Virus record (IMG/VR): IMGVR_UViG_2597489885_000001
Span: 6,131-70,130 of that record
DNA: 64,000 nucleotides
Origin: a virus
Lineage: Duplodnaviria > Caudoviricetes
Direction: 5' to 3' (one strand)
Part shown: positions 46,806 to 56,301 of the stretch, in pieces
How the letters are laid out: every line of letters starts with the position of its first letter
Position numbering within the stretch: the stretch's first letter is position 1
Made by a program: the position numbers and the translations under genes
The notes under the pieces: model-generated
The model's input: only the letters and a program-made list of their open reading frames with translations
What the model was told of the DNA's origin: nothing
Database searches by the model: none

Positions 46806-47390
46806 ATGAAGATCACTCCGATCCTCACGCAGCTGCGCGATCACTGCCCCGGCCTGGCCAATCAGGTGGCCGTCGGCGTCGATCTCGCGCTGCTGCAAAG
46901 CAATACCGCGTTGCCCACCCCCAGTGCCCATGTGACGCCGATCGCCGATCTGGCCAGCCCGAGCACCGGGCAGAACGTCACCCGCCAGGCCATCCGCGAC
47001 CGCTTTGTGATCACCCTGGTGCTGGATGCCAGCGATGCCCGGCAGGCGCTGGAGCAACTCGAAAGCCTGCGGGCCGAGTTGTGGCGGGCGCTGGTGGGGT
47101 TCAAGCCGGGCGCGGACTACAACCCGATCGAATACGACGGTGGCGAGCTGGTTTCGCTCAGTGCCACGCGGTTGTTCTATCAGCTGCGCTTTTTTGCCGA
47201 GTTCCAGCTGGGACGCAACCTGGCCAGCCAGCCGGCGGAAACCTGGCGTGAGCGTGAACTGGACGGCCTGCCGTTCTTTACCGGGGTCACGGTGCGGGTC
47301 GATGCCATCGATCCGGCGGACCCCAACCTGCAACACCCGGGGCCCGACGGGCGCCTGGAACTGACTTTCTCTGGAGACGTAACGCAATGA
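46806..47390 (+). CDS. Mu gp37-like tail terminator
   Basis: LRAELWRALVGF.P...IEYDGG; ATG at 46806 after GGAG. Confidence 0.8.
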   Translation: MKITPILTQLRDHCPGLANQVAVGVDLALLQSNTALPTPSAHVTPIADLASPSTGQNVTRQAIRDRFVITLVLDASDARQALEQLESLRAELWRALVGFKPGADYNPIEYDGGELVSLSATRLFYQLRFFAEFQLGRNLASQPAETWRERELDGLPFFTGVTVRVDAIDPADPNLQHPGPDGRLELTFSGDVTQ

Positions 47391-47569
47391 GCAAACGCAT
47401 CACTGTGCTGCCGGCCGCGGGCCGCGCCGTGCCGGACCCCGAAGCCGGCGACCTGCTGCCGCTGGAAGGCCGTGAAGTCGACGACAACGCCTGGTGGCGC
47501 CGGCGTCTGGCCGATGGCGATATCACCCTCAAGGCCGCGAAGGCGGCCAAACCACAAGGAGCCAAATAA
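47387..47569 (+). CDS. DUF2635-like small protein (Mu gp38-like)
   Basis: P..GRAVPDP...LP..G..V....WW.RRL.DGD. Confidence 0.85.
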   Translation: MSKRITVLPAAGRAVPDPEAGDLLPLEGREVDDNAWWRRRLADGDITLKAAKAAKPQGAK

Positions 47570-49065
47570 TGGCGATCGGATTCAGCAATATTCCGGCGGA
47601 CATTCGTGTACCGCTGTTCTACGCCGAGATGGACAATTCGGCGGCCAATAGCGCGTCTTCGGCCATGCGCCGACTGATCGTGGCCCAGGTCAACGACAAC
47701 GTCGCGCCGGCCGAAACCGGCAAGCTGGTGCTGGTGTCCAGCGTCGCGCTGGCCAAGAGCATCGGCGGTCAGGGCTCGATGCTCGCCTCCATGTACGAGA
47801 CCTGGCGCAAGACCGACCCGATCGGTGAAATCTGGTGCCTGCCGCTGCACAACGTCGAAGGCAGCGTGGCCAAGGCCGAGCTGAAGTTCACCGGCACCGC
47901 CAGCGAAAGCGGCGTGCTCAACCTGTATGTCGGTGGTGTGCGGGTTCAGGCCGCCATCGTCAATGCCGCCACCGCGGCGCAGGCCGCCAGCGCGCTGGCG
48001 CTGAAAATCAACGCCGCCGCCGACCTGCCGGTGAGCGCCGCCGCGGTCGAAGGCACCCTGACCCTGACCGCCAAGTGGACCGGCGACAGCGCTAACGACA
48101 TCAGCCTGCAGCTCAACCGCCTGGGCAAGAGCAATGGCGAAGAAACCCCGGCTGGCCTGAGCGTGACGGTTGGCAAAATGGCCGGCGGCGCCGGCGTGCC
48201 GGATCAGGTCGCTGCCCTGGCGGCCCTGGGCGATGAACCGTTCGAGTTCATCTGCATGCCGTGGACCGACACCGCGACCCTCAACGCCTGGCAAGCCGTC
48301 ATGGATGACAACACCGGTCGCTGGTCCTGGGCCAAGCAACTGTTCGGTCATGTCTACAGCGCCAAGCGCGGTACCGTCGGCACCCTGGTGGCGGCCGGTC
48401 AGGCCCGCAACGACCAGCACATCACCATCCAGGCCCTGGAGACGGGCGTACCGCAACCGTTCTGGGTGCAGGCCGCCGCACTGGCCGCGCGCACCTCGGT
48501 GTTCATCTCCGCCGATGCCAGCCGTCCGACCCAGAGCGGCAGCCTGCCGGGTGTCGATCCGGCGCCGGCCAGCGAGCGTTTCACCCTGACCGAGCGTCAG
48601 TCGCTGCTCAGCTACGGCATCGCCACCGCCTACTACGAAGGCGGTTACGTGCGCATCCAGCGTTCGATCACCACCTACCAGAAGAACGCCTACGGCCAGG
48701 CCGACAACTCCTACCTGGACAGCGAAACCATGCACCAGTCGGCCTTTATCGTGCGCCGCCTGCAAAGCGTGATCACCAGCAAGTACGGGCGCCACAAACT
48801 GGCCGCCGACGGTACCCGCTTCGGTGCCGGCCAGCCGATCGTGACCCCGAGCACCATCCGCGGCGAGCTGATCGCCCAGTACGCCAAGCTGGAACTGGAA
48901 GGCCATGTGGAGAACGCCGAGCTGTTCGCCGAGCACCTGATCGTCGAGCGCGACAGCCAGGACCCGAGCCGGGTCAACGTGCTGTTCCCGCCGGACTACA
49001 TCAACGGCCTGCGAGTGTTCGCGCTGCTCAACCAATTCCGTCTGCAGTACGACGCGGCGGCCTAA
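47569..49065 (+). CDS. Contractile sheath (Mu L-like)
   Basis: IP.DIRVPLFYAE.DNS.A...GQGSML...RVNVL.PPD.IN.LRVFA. Confidence 0.95.
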   Translation: MAIGFSNIPADIRVPLFYAEMDNSAANSASSAMRRLIVAQVNDNVAPAETGKLVLVSSVALAKSIGGQGSMLASMYETWRKTDPIGEIWCLPLHNVEGSVAKAELKFTGTASESGVLNLYVGGVRVQAAIVNAATAAQAASALALKINAAADLPVSAAAVEGTLTLTAKWTGDSANDISLQLNRLGKSNGEETPAGLSVTVGKMAGGAGVPDQVAALAALGDEPFEFICMPWTDTATLNAWQAVMDDNTGRWSWAKQLFGHVYSAKRGTVGTLVAAGQARNDQHITIQALETGVPQPFWVQAAALAARTSVFISADASRPTQSGSLPGVDPAPASERFTLTERQSLLSYGIATAYYEGGYVRIQRSITTYQKNAYGQADNSYLDSETMHQSAFIVRRLQSVITSKYGRHKLAADGTRFGAGQPIVTPSTIRGELIAQYAKLELEGHVENAELFAEHLIVERDSQDPSRVNVLFPPDYINGLRVFALLNQFRLQYDAAA

Positions 49066-49131
49066 GCCGAGCCTCTTTCACTGCGCTTTTCCAGCCCGCC
49101 TGGTGCGGGCTCATTTTTTGGGAGAAACACC

Positions 49132-49479
49132 ATGGGTCAACTGATTGCGGGCACCTGCTACGTCAAAGTGGACGGCGCTCAACTGACCATCAACGGCGGC
49201 TGCGAAGCACCGCTGATGTCCGTGAAACGGGAAACCATCGTGCCGGGTTTCTACAAGGAAACCGACATTGCCCCGTCCTTCAAGGTCACGGCGCTGCACA
49301 CCCCGGACTTCCCGCTCAAGCAGCTGGTGGCCGGTTCCGACATGACCGTCACCTGCGAATTCAGCAACGGCAAGGTCTACGTCCTGGCCGGCGCCTACCT
49401 GGTGGAAGAGCCGGTTTCCAAGGGTGACGACGCGAGCATCGAACTGAAGTTCGAAGGCATCAAGGGGACCTGGCAATGA
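49132..49479 (+). CDS. Tail tube (Mu M-like)
   Basis: IAGTCYVKVDG...L.FEG. Confidence 0.9.
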   Translation: MGQLIAGTCYVKVDGAQLTINGGCEAPLMSVKRETIVPGFYKETDIAPSFKVTALHTPDFPLKQLVAGSDMTVTCEFSNGKVYVLAGAYLVEEPVSKGDDASIELKFEGIKGTWQ

Positions 49480-49772
49480 GCGATAGCGTAAAGCTGCGTG
49501 TGGCCATCGAAGCCCACGGCGAACCGCTGACCGAACTGACCCTGCGCCGCCCGACGGTGCAGGAAGTGCGGGCGATCAAGGCGCTGCCGTACAAGATCGA
49601 CAAGAGCGAAGAAGTCAGCCTCGACATGGACGTCGCGGCCAAGTACATCGCGGTCTGTGCCGGCATTCCTCCGTCCTCGGTCAACCAGCTGGACCTGGCT
49701 GACCTCAACGCCCTGAGCTGGGCGGTCGCGAGTTTTTTCATGAGTGCGGCATCGGAGCCATCAGCGACCTGA
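49476..49772 (+). CDS. Tail assembly chaperone
   Basis: LTLRRPTV...IPPSSVNQLD..D; T TTT TTC slippery site at 49733-49739. Confidence 0.85.
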   Translation: MSDSVKLRVAIEAHGEPLTELTLRRPTVQEVRAIKALPYKIDKSEEVSLDMDVAAKYIAVCAGIPPSSVNQLDLADLNALSWAVASFFMSAASEPSAT

Positions 49773-49903
49773 TCGCGGTTGCCTATGACCTGGCCTGGTT
49801 CTGGAAGGTTGACCCCGAACAGATGATGGCCAGGCCACTGGATGTGCTCCGGGAGTCCCTGGAGCACGCGCAACGGATCAATGCGATGCAGCAGGTGCAG
49901 TGA
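49733..49903 (+). CDS. -1 frameshift extension of the chaperone
   Basis: -1 frame: FFHECGIGAISDLIAVAYDLAWFWKVDPEQMMARPL...QQVQ*, ending at the TMP start. Confidence 0.8.
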   Translation, partial: FFHECGIGAISDLIAVAYDLAWFWKVDPEQMMARPLDVLRESLEHAQRINAMQQVQ

Positions 49904-51978
49904 TGGCGAACATCAATCAAAGCTTGAATCAGACGAGCATCAAACAGCGCCTGAGCGTGACCCATGTGCAGACCACGGTGAACATGCTGGTGGTCATGCA
50001 AGGCATGCAGAAACTGGACGCCGAGCTGGGCGAGGTTCGTTCGAAAGTCAGCAACTTCAAGAAAAGCATCGAAGACAGCGGCCTGGGCGGGCTGGATTTT
50101 TCCGGCCTGATCAAGGGCGGTGGCCTGGCCGCGCCCTTCGTGGCGGGGGTCAATTCCGCCATCGAATTCGAGAACCAGGCGGCGCGGGCCAAGCTGGTGG
50201 CGCAGGGCATCGAACCGCCCAAGGATGTGCTGGGCGAGACGGGCACCAACCTGAAGGCCTTCAGCGACAGCGTCGACGATATTTCGCAAAAGTTCGGCAG
50301 TGCGCTGCTGCCGGCGGTCAACTCGGTAGTGACCGCCGTGCAACCGCTGCTGGGCTTTGTGGCGAAGGTCATTGAAAGCAACCCGCAACTGGTCCAGGGC
50401 CTCGCCGCCGGCGCCTTGGCCTTCACCGCGATCCGCGGCGCCATGACCCTGGCTTCGTCCGCCGTGACCCTGTTCAGCAGCGGCCTGCTGGCCTCGCCCA
50501 TCGGCCTGGTCGCCCTGGGGATCGCGGTGGCGGCTGGCCTGATCGTGGCCAACTGGGAGCCGCTGTCGGCGTTTTTTGTCACCCTCTGGGCAAGCATCAA
50601 GGACGCCGCCACGCAACTGATGGCGGGGTTGAGGACTGTCTTCGGCTGGACCCCGCTGGGCATGGTGATCGCCAATTGGGGATCGATCACCGGCTTTTTC
50701 GCCGGTCTCTGGGAACAGCTCAAGACGATGGCCGCGTCAGTGGTCGACTTCTTCAAGCAGGTGTTTTCCTGGACGCCGTTGGGGCTGGTGATTGAGAACT
50801 GGACGCCCCTGAGCGGCCTGTTTTCGGCGCTCTGGGAGTTGCTCAAGGCGTTGTCCGTTCCGGCGATGGATTTCCTCAAAGGCCTGTTCGACTGGACACC
50901 GCTGGGGATGGTGATCAACAACTGGGGAGCGATCAGCGGTTTCTTCGCCTCGCTCTGGGCTGACCTGCAAGGTCCGGCGCAACGGGTCAAGGCCTTCTTC
51001 ATCGGGCTGTTCGACAGCTCGCCGCTGGGGCTGGTGATCAATAACTGGGGCGCCATCAGCGCCTACTTCGCTTCGCTCTGGGCCGGCCTGCAAGGTCCGG
51101 CGCAACGGCTCAAGGCCTTCTTCATCGGGCTGTTCGACAGCTCGCCACTGGGGATGGTGGTCAACAACTGGGGCGCGATCAGCGCCTACTTCGCTTCGCT
51201 CTGGGCCGGCCTGCAAGGTCCGGCGCAACAGGTGAAGGACTTCTTCGTCAGGTTGTTCGATACCTCGCCACTGGGGATGGTGATCAACAACTGGGGTGCC
51301 ATCAGCACCTACTTCGACTCCATCTGGGCCACCCTGAAAAGCGCGGCACAGGTCATCAAGGACTTTTTTGTCACCCTGTTCGAGTGGTCGCCCGTGGGGC
51401 AGGTCATCGCCAACTGGCAGCCCATCAGCGACGTGTTCGCGGCCCTCTGGGAGGTGTTGAAAGCCCTGGCGGCGCCGGCCATCGAGTTTATGCGCGGTAT
51501 GTTCGAGTGGTCGCCCCTGGGGCAGATCATCAAGAACTGGGAGCCGATCACTGAGTGGTTCAGTGGCCTGTGGCAACGGCTGCAGGCGGTGATCGCGCCG
51601 ATCAGGGAACTGTTCGACGGTGGGTTCGCCGGCTTCGTCGCTCGCGTCACCGGCAAGGTGGAAAACCTCACCGAGGCGCAGCGGCAAACCAATGCCGAAG
51701 GCAAAGGTGCGCTGGCGCCGGCGTTTTTCGGTGGTGGCCAGCCGGCACCGGGTTCTTCGGCGCTTTCCGGCAGCCTGCCGCAAAGCTCCACCTCGCTGCT
51801 GCAACAGAGCGCGGCCAACAACCGCACGCAATTGCAGGGCGGGCTGACAGTGAGTTTCGAAAACGCCCCGGCGGGCCTGCGTACCAGCGCGCCGCAAATC
51901 AACCAACCCGGCGTGGCGCTGTCGTCGCGTGTCGGCTATCGCTCACTTTCGCTAGGAGGTTCCAATGAGCTGGCGTGA
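49903..51978 (+). CDS. Tape measure protein (tailocin 2)
   Basis: Trp-periodic 41-aa repeats. Confidence 0.85.
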   Translation: MANINQSLNQTSIKQRLSVTHVQTTVNMLVVMQGMQKLDAELGEVRSKVSNFKKSIEDSGLGGLDFSGLIKGGGLAAPFVAGVNSAIEFENQAARAKLVAQGIEPPKDVLGETGTNLKAFSDSVDDISQKFGSALLPAVNSVVTAVQPLLGFVAKVIESNPQLVQGLAAGALAFTAIRGAMTLASSAVTLFSSGLLASPIGLVALGIAVAAGLIVANWEPLSAFFVTLWASIKDAATQLMAGLRTVFGWTPLGMVIANWGSITGFFAGLWEQLKTMAASVVDFFKQVFSWTPLGLVIENWTPLSGLFSALWELLKALSVPAMDFLKGLFDWTPLGMVINNWGAISGFFASLWADLQGPAQRVKAFFIGLFDSSPLGLVINNWGAISAYFASLWAGLQGPAQRLKAFFIGLFDSSPLGMVVNNWGAISAYFASLWAGLQGPAQQVKDFFVRLFDTSPLGMVINNWGAISTYFDSIWATLKSAAQVIKDFFVTLFEWSPVGQVIANWQPISDVFAALWEVLKALAAPAIEFMRGMFEWSPLGQIIKNWEPITEWFSGLWQRLQAVIAPIRELFDGGFAGFVARVTGKVENLTEAQRQTNAEGKGALAPAFFGGGQPAPGSSALSGSLPQSSTSLLQQSAANNRTQLQGGLTVSFENAPAGLRTSAPQINQPGVALSSRVGYRSLSLGGSNELA
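50638..51621 (+). repeat. Eight tandem 123-bp (41-aa) units within the TMP
   Basis: Unit starts 50638, 50761, 50884, 51007, 51130, 51253, 51376, 51499; central units near-identical in DNA. Confidence 0.9.
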
Positions 51979-53203
51979 TCGTTTGTTGCCGGCGTCGTTT
52001 CGTGGCGTCGGGTTCTGGGTCGACCAGGCGAAAACCCCGGTCGGCCACAAGGGCCAGTTGCACGAGTACCCGCAGCGTGACCTGCCGTTCTACGAGAGCC
52101 TGGGGCGGCAGGCGCGGACCCACGACCTGACGGCGTTCATCGTCGGCGCCGATTGTCTGGAGCAGCGTGACAAGCTGCTCCAGGCGCTGGAGCAGGGCAG
52201 TGGCGAGCTGGTGCATCCGTGGCTGGGGCGCCTGCAGGTCAAGGTCGGTGAATGCGAGATGACCCAGAGCCGCCAGGACGGCGGCCTGGTGACCTTCACC
52301 CTGAAGTTCTACCCCGACCAGCCGTTGCAGTTCCCCAGCGCCACGGTCAACACCCGCCAGTTGTTGCTGGTGTCGGCCGACAGCCTTATCGGCTCGGCGG
52401 TGCGCCGCTTCGAGGAGGCCATGACCCTGGTCAAGGCCGCGCGCATCGGCATCGCCGATCTGCGCAACAGCCTCAAGGAGGTCTACCAGACCATCGAGCA
52501 GGAGCTCAAGCCGCTGATCGACACCTACCGCGATCTCAATCTGCTGGTGCGGGCGATCAAGGACTTGCCCAAGGAAGTCAGCGCCGAGTTCAAGGGCTTG
52601 CTGGGGGACATCAAGGACCTCAAGGACTATGCGCGCAACGGTTATCGCGGCGTGCTGGCCAACGTTTCGCAGCAGGTCGAGGCGGTGAAGAAGATCGACA
52701 CGCCGAAACTCACCACCGGCAAGGACACCACCGCCGCGGCGCAAGCCATGGCGGACCTGGTGCAGGACGCCGTGCTGGTGCGGATCGCCCAGGCCGTGGC
52801 GTCGCTGCCGGTGGCGACCCCGGCGGTCAAGCTGAGCGGCACGCCGTCGCTGGCCAAGCAGGCGATCCAGCCGGTGACCCGTGCGGAAGTGCCGGTGGCC
52901 GATGAGGTGCTGGCGCTGCGCAACTCGATCAACGAAGCGATCTGGCAGGCGGCGGAAAAAGCCGATGCTGTGCACTACGAGGTGCTCAACGGCTTGCGCC
53001 AGTTGGTCTACGGCCACCTCACCGCGGTGGCTTCGTCCGGTGTGCGGCTGGTGGTGAAGAACCCGATGCAGAGCCTGCCGACGGTGGTGCTCGCCTACCG
53101 GCTGTTCGGCGACGCCACCCGGGCGCCCGAAGTGCAGCAGCGCAACGGCGTGGCCCATCCCGGTTTCCTGCCGCCGACCAACGTCAAAGTGGCGGGGGAG
53201 TGA
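51965..53203 (+). CDS. Mu N/gp43-like 'DNA circularisation' tail protein
   Basis: WRDRL.PASFRGV.F...HEYP.RD...E.LG...L.HPWLG. Confidence 0.9.
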   Translation: MSWRDRLLPASFRGVGFWVDQAKTPVGHKGQLHEYPQRDLPFYESLGRQARTHDLTAFIVGADCLEQRDKLLQALEQGSGELVHPWLGRLQVKVGECEMTQSRQDGGLVTFTLKFYPDQPLQFPSATVNTRQLLLVSADSLIGSAVRRFEEAMTLVKAARIGIADLRNSLKEVYQTIEQELKPLIDTYRDLNLLVRAIKDLPKEVSAEFKGLLGDIKDLKDYARNGYRGVLANVSQQVEAVKKIDTPKLTTGKDTTAAAQAMADLVQDAVLVRIAQAVASLPVATPAVKLSGTPSLAKQAIQPVTRAEVPVADEVLALRNSINEAIWQAAEKADAVHYEVLNGLRQLVYGHLTAVASSGVRLVVKNPMQSLPTVVLAYRLFGDATRAPEVQQRNGVAHPGFLPPTNVKVAGE

Positions 53204-53206
53204 GCC

Positions 53207-54247
53207 ATGAGCAACTTCGATAACCGGGTGCTGTTGACGGTGGACGGCCAGGATTACGGCGGCTGGAAAAGCGTCGAAATCAGCGCCGACCTGGAGCGGC
53301 AGTTTCGCACCTTCAAGCTCGACGTGACCTGGCAATGGCCCGGGCAGACCCTGGACCAGCGCATCCGTCCCGGCGCCAAGTGCCAGGTGCGCATCGGCGC
53401 CGACCTGTTGCTCAGCGGCCATGTGTTCAAGGCGCCGATCAGCTATGACGGTCGGCAGATCGGCCTGAGCATCGAGGGCAGCTCCCTGACCCAGGACCTG
53501 GTGGATTGCGCGGCGATCAACCAGCCCGGCCAATGGCGCGAACAGAGCCTGTTGAAAATCGTCCAGGCCCTGGCCGCGTCCTACGGCGTTGGTGTAGTCA
53601 GCGAGATCGCGGAAACCACGCGGCTGAGCAGCCACAGCATCGTGCCCGGGGAAACCGTGTTCCAGTCTATCGACCGCCTGCTGACGTTGTTCCGGGTGTT
53701 CTCCACCGACGACGCCGAAGGCCGGGTGCTGTTGGCCCGGCCGGGCAGCGGCGGGCGCGCGGTGGATGTGCTGGAGCTGGGCCAGAACATCCTTTCGGCC
53801 AGTGCGCCGATGGACTTCAGCCAGGTGTTTTCCGAGTACCGGGTGATCGGCCAGCACAAGGGCAACGACCAGAAAAGCGGCGCCGCGGTCAGCGAAGTGT
53901 CGGGCGTGGCCAGCGACAGCACGGCCAAGCGCAAGCGGGTCACGGTGATCAACGAGCCGGCCCAGCTGACCCAGGAACTGGCCCAGCAACGGGCCGACTG
54001 GGAAAGCGCCATCCGTACCGGCAAGGCCCTGACCAGCACCTACAAGGTGCAGGGCTGGCGCCAGAGCAACGGCGAGCTGTGGCGCCACAACACCCTGGTG
54101 CGGGTGATCGACCCGGTGCTGGGTTTCGACCAGGACCTGCTGATTTCCAAGGTCACCTACTCGCTCTCCGAGCAGGGCTCGATCACCACCCTGCAGGTGG
54201 CGCCGCCCCATACCTTCGACGCCAGCCCCGTGCCCCCCAAAACCTGA
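53207..54247 (+). CDS. Baseplate hub (Mu gp44/P-like)
   Basis: L.VDG..Y.GW.SV...T.DLVDC.A...GETVF. Confidence 0.9.
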   Translation: MSNFDNRVLLTVDGQDYGGWKSVEISADLERQFRTFKLDVTWQWPGQTLDQRIRPGAKCQVRIGADLLLSGHVFKAPISYDGRQIGLSIEGSSLTQDLVDCAAINQPGQWREQSLLKIVQALAASYGVGVVSEIAETTRLSSHSIVPGETVFQSIDRLLTLFRVFSTDDAEGRVLLARPGSGGRAVDVLELGQNILSASAPMDFSQVFSEYRVIGQHKGNDQKSGAAVSEVSGVASDSTAKRKRVTVINEPAQLTQELAQQRADWESAIRTGKALTSTYKVQGWRQSNGELWRHNTLVRVIDPVLGFDQDLLISKVTYSLSEQGSITTLQVAPPHTFDASPVPPKT

Positions 54248-54267
54248 CGTCGTTCCCCTTATGCATG

Positions 54268-54346
54268 TGTGGGAGCGAGCTTGCTCGCGATAGCGCTCCG
54301 CCTGACACCCCGTGCTGCCTCCATCGCGAGCAAGCTCGCTCCTACA
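54268..54346. repeat. REP doublet (REPIN)
   Basis: GTGGGAGCGAGCTTGCTCGCGAT ... ATCGCGAGCAAGCTCGCTCCTAC. Confidence 0.9.
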
Positions 54347-54363
54347 GAGGTCAAGGAAAAACC

Positions 54364-54873
54364 ATGAGCCTACTGACACGCCTGTTGGCGCGCGGCACCG
54401 TCGTGCTCGCCAACTCGGCCAACAAACTGCAATCGCTGCAAATGCGCCTGACCGCCGGCGAAGTGAACGACGACATGGAGCACTTCGAACCCTACGGCTT
54501 CACCAGCAACCCGCTGGCCGGCGCCGAAGGCATCGCCACCTTTCTCGGCGGCGATCGCTCCCATGCCGTCGTGCTGGTGGTCGCCGACCGCCGTTTTCGC
54601 CTCAAGGCCCTGGCCCCCGGCGAAGTGGCGATCTACACCGACGAAGGCGACAAGATTCATTTCAAGCGCGGGCGGATCATCGACATCGAGACCGCCACCC
54701 TCAATATCCGCGCCAGCAGCGCGGTGCACATCGACACCCCGACCCTGACCCAGACCGGCAAGATCGTCTCCCAGGGCGATCAGGTCGCTGGCGGCATCAG
54801 CCAGATCCAGCACGTGCATGGCGGCGTGCAGTCGGGTAGCGGGCAGACCGGCGCGCCGGCGGGAGGCCAATGA
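54364..54873 (+). CDS. Baseplate spike (Mu gp45-like)
   Basis: EPYGFTS.P..GAE...GGDRSH...HVHGGV. Confidence 0.9.
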   Translation: MSLLTRLLARGTVVLANSANKLQSLQMRLTAGEVNDDMEHFEPYGFTSNPLAGAEGIATFLGGDRSHAVVLVVADRRFRLKALAPGEVAIYTDEGDKIHFKRGRIIDIETATLNIRASSAVHIDTPTLTQTGKIVSQGDQVAGGISQIQHVHGGVQSGSGQTGAPAGGQ

Positions 54874-55271
54874 TGTTCATCAGCCAAGACCTGCATCGCG
54901 CACTGACCCGTGCCGTGCTGATCAGCCTGTTCACCTGGCGCCGCGCGGCAGACGACGACCCGCTGGATGACGAGGAGCGCTTCGGCTGGTGGGGCGACAG
55001 TTTCCCCACCGTGGCCGACGACCGCATCGGCTCGCGGTTGTGGCTGCTGCGGCGGGTCAAGCTCACCCGCCAGACCCAGCTCGACGCCGAGTTCTATGCC
55101 CGCGAAGCCCTGCAATGGCTGATCGACGATGGCCATTGCAGCGCCGTCGAGATCATCAGCGAACGTCTCGACGACCAGCGCCTGAACCTGCGCACGACGC
55201 TGGTCCTGGCCAACGGTGAACGCCTGGACATCAACCCCGATAACAGTTGGCAGGTGACCTATGCCCTTTGA
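54870..55271 (+). CDS. Mu gp46-like baseplate protein
   Basis: AVLISLFTWRRA...GWWGD...GSRLWLL.R.K. Confidence 0.9.
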   Translation: MMFISQDLHRALTRAVLISLFTWRRAADDDPLDDEERFGWWGDSFPTVADDRIGSRLWLLRRVKLTRQTQLDAEFYAREALQWLIDDGHCSAVEIISERLDDQRLNLRTTLVLANGERLDINPDNSWQVTYAL

Positions 55272-56301
55272 TACCCCTTCGCTGCCGGTGCTGATCAAGC
55301 GCACCCAAAGCGACCTGGCCAGCGATGCGCTGCGCCAGTCCGATGCGCAAGTGCTGGCCCGCGCCCTCGGTGGCGCCGCCTATGGCCTCTACGGCTACCT
55401 GGACTGGATCGCCGATCAGATCCTGCCGGACAAGGCCGACGAGTCGACCCTGGAACGCATCGCCGCGCTGCGCCTCAACCAGCCACGCAAGGCCGCCCAG
55501 GCGGCCAGCGGTTCGGTGAGCTTCAGCGCCGCGGCGGGCGCCGTACTGGACGTCGATACCCTGCTGCAGGCCAGTGACGGCCGCACCTACAAAGTCACCG
55601 CCGCCCGCACCACCAGCGCCGGCAACAACAGCACCACCGTCCAGGCCCTCGACGCCGGCACCCTGGGCAATGCCGAGGCCGGCCTGGACCTGATCCCGGT
55701 GCAACCGATCCAGGGCATCGGCAACAGCTTCACCGTGCTCGCCCCCGGCCTGAGCGGCGGCGTCGCCGCGGAAAGCCTGGAATCGCTGCGCGCGCGGGTG
55801 ATCCGCTCCTACCGCATCATCCCCCACGGCGGCTCGGCCCAGGACTATGAAACCTGGGCGCTGGAGTGTCCGGGGATTACCCGCGCCTGGTGCCGTGGCA
55901 GCTACCTGGGGCCGGGCACCGTGGGCCTGTTCGTGATGCGCGACGACGATGCGCAACCGATCCCGAATGCCGAGCAACTGGCGGAGGTAAAGGCCTACAT
56001 CGAACCGCTGCGCCCGGTGACGGCCGAGTTGCATGTGCTGGCGCCGCAGCAATTGCCGGTGACCTACAGCCTGCGGCTGTCGCCGGACACCAGCGCGGTA
56101 CGCGCGGCGGTCGAGGCGCAGTTGCGCGATCTGCACAACCGCGAGGCCGGCCTGGGCGACACCTTGTTGATCAGCCATATCCGCGAGGCCATCAGCAGTG
56201 CCGCCGGCGAGAACGATCACCGGCTCAGCGCGCCGGCCGCGGATGTCCCCGCCGCCAGTAACCAGTTGCTGACGTTCGGAGGTTGCGTATGGCTGGAGTA
56301 A
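55261..56301 (+). CDS. Baseplate J-like (Mu gp47)
   Basis: PHGGS..DY..WALE.PG.TRAW. Confidence 0.9.
   Translation: MPFDTPSLPVLIKRTQSDLASDALRQSDAQVLARALGGAAYGLYGYLDWIADQILPDKADESTLERIAALRLNQPRKAAQAASGSVSFSAAAGAVLDVDTLLQASDGRTYKVTAARTTSAGNNSTTVQALDAGTLGNAEAGLDLIPVQPIQGIGNSFTVLAPGLSGGVAAESLESLRARVIRSYRIIPHGGSAQDYETWALECPGITRAWCRGSYLGPGTVGLFVMRDDDAQPIPNAEQLAEVKAYIEPLRPVTAELHVLAPQQLPVTYSLRLSPDTSAVRAAVEAQLRDLHNREAGLGDTLLISHIREAISSAAGENDHRLSAPAADVPAASNQLLTFGGCVWLE

Noticed and set aside
50638-51621. Regular repeat array as a possible CRISPR
   Set aside because: In-frame coding tandem units without unique spacers; no cas genes
51965-53203. 'DNA circularisation' gene as evidence of a Mu-like transposable prophage
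   Set aside because: A structural tail component in Mu-like tails; no transposase, head or packaging genes accompany it
51899-54379. Long minus-strand ORFs (also 47287-49035, 45381-47387, 40028-41338, 34691-36079, 37186-38442, 17905-18969)
   Set aside because: Antisense shadows of high-GC genes with recognisable + strand products; no motifs or RBS
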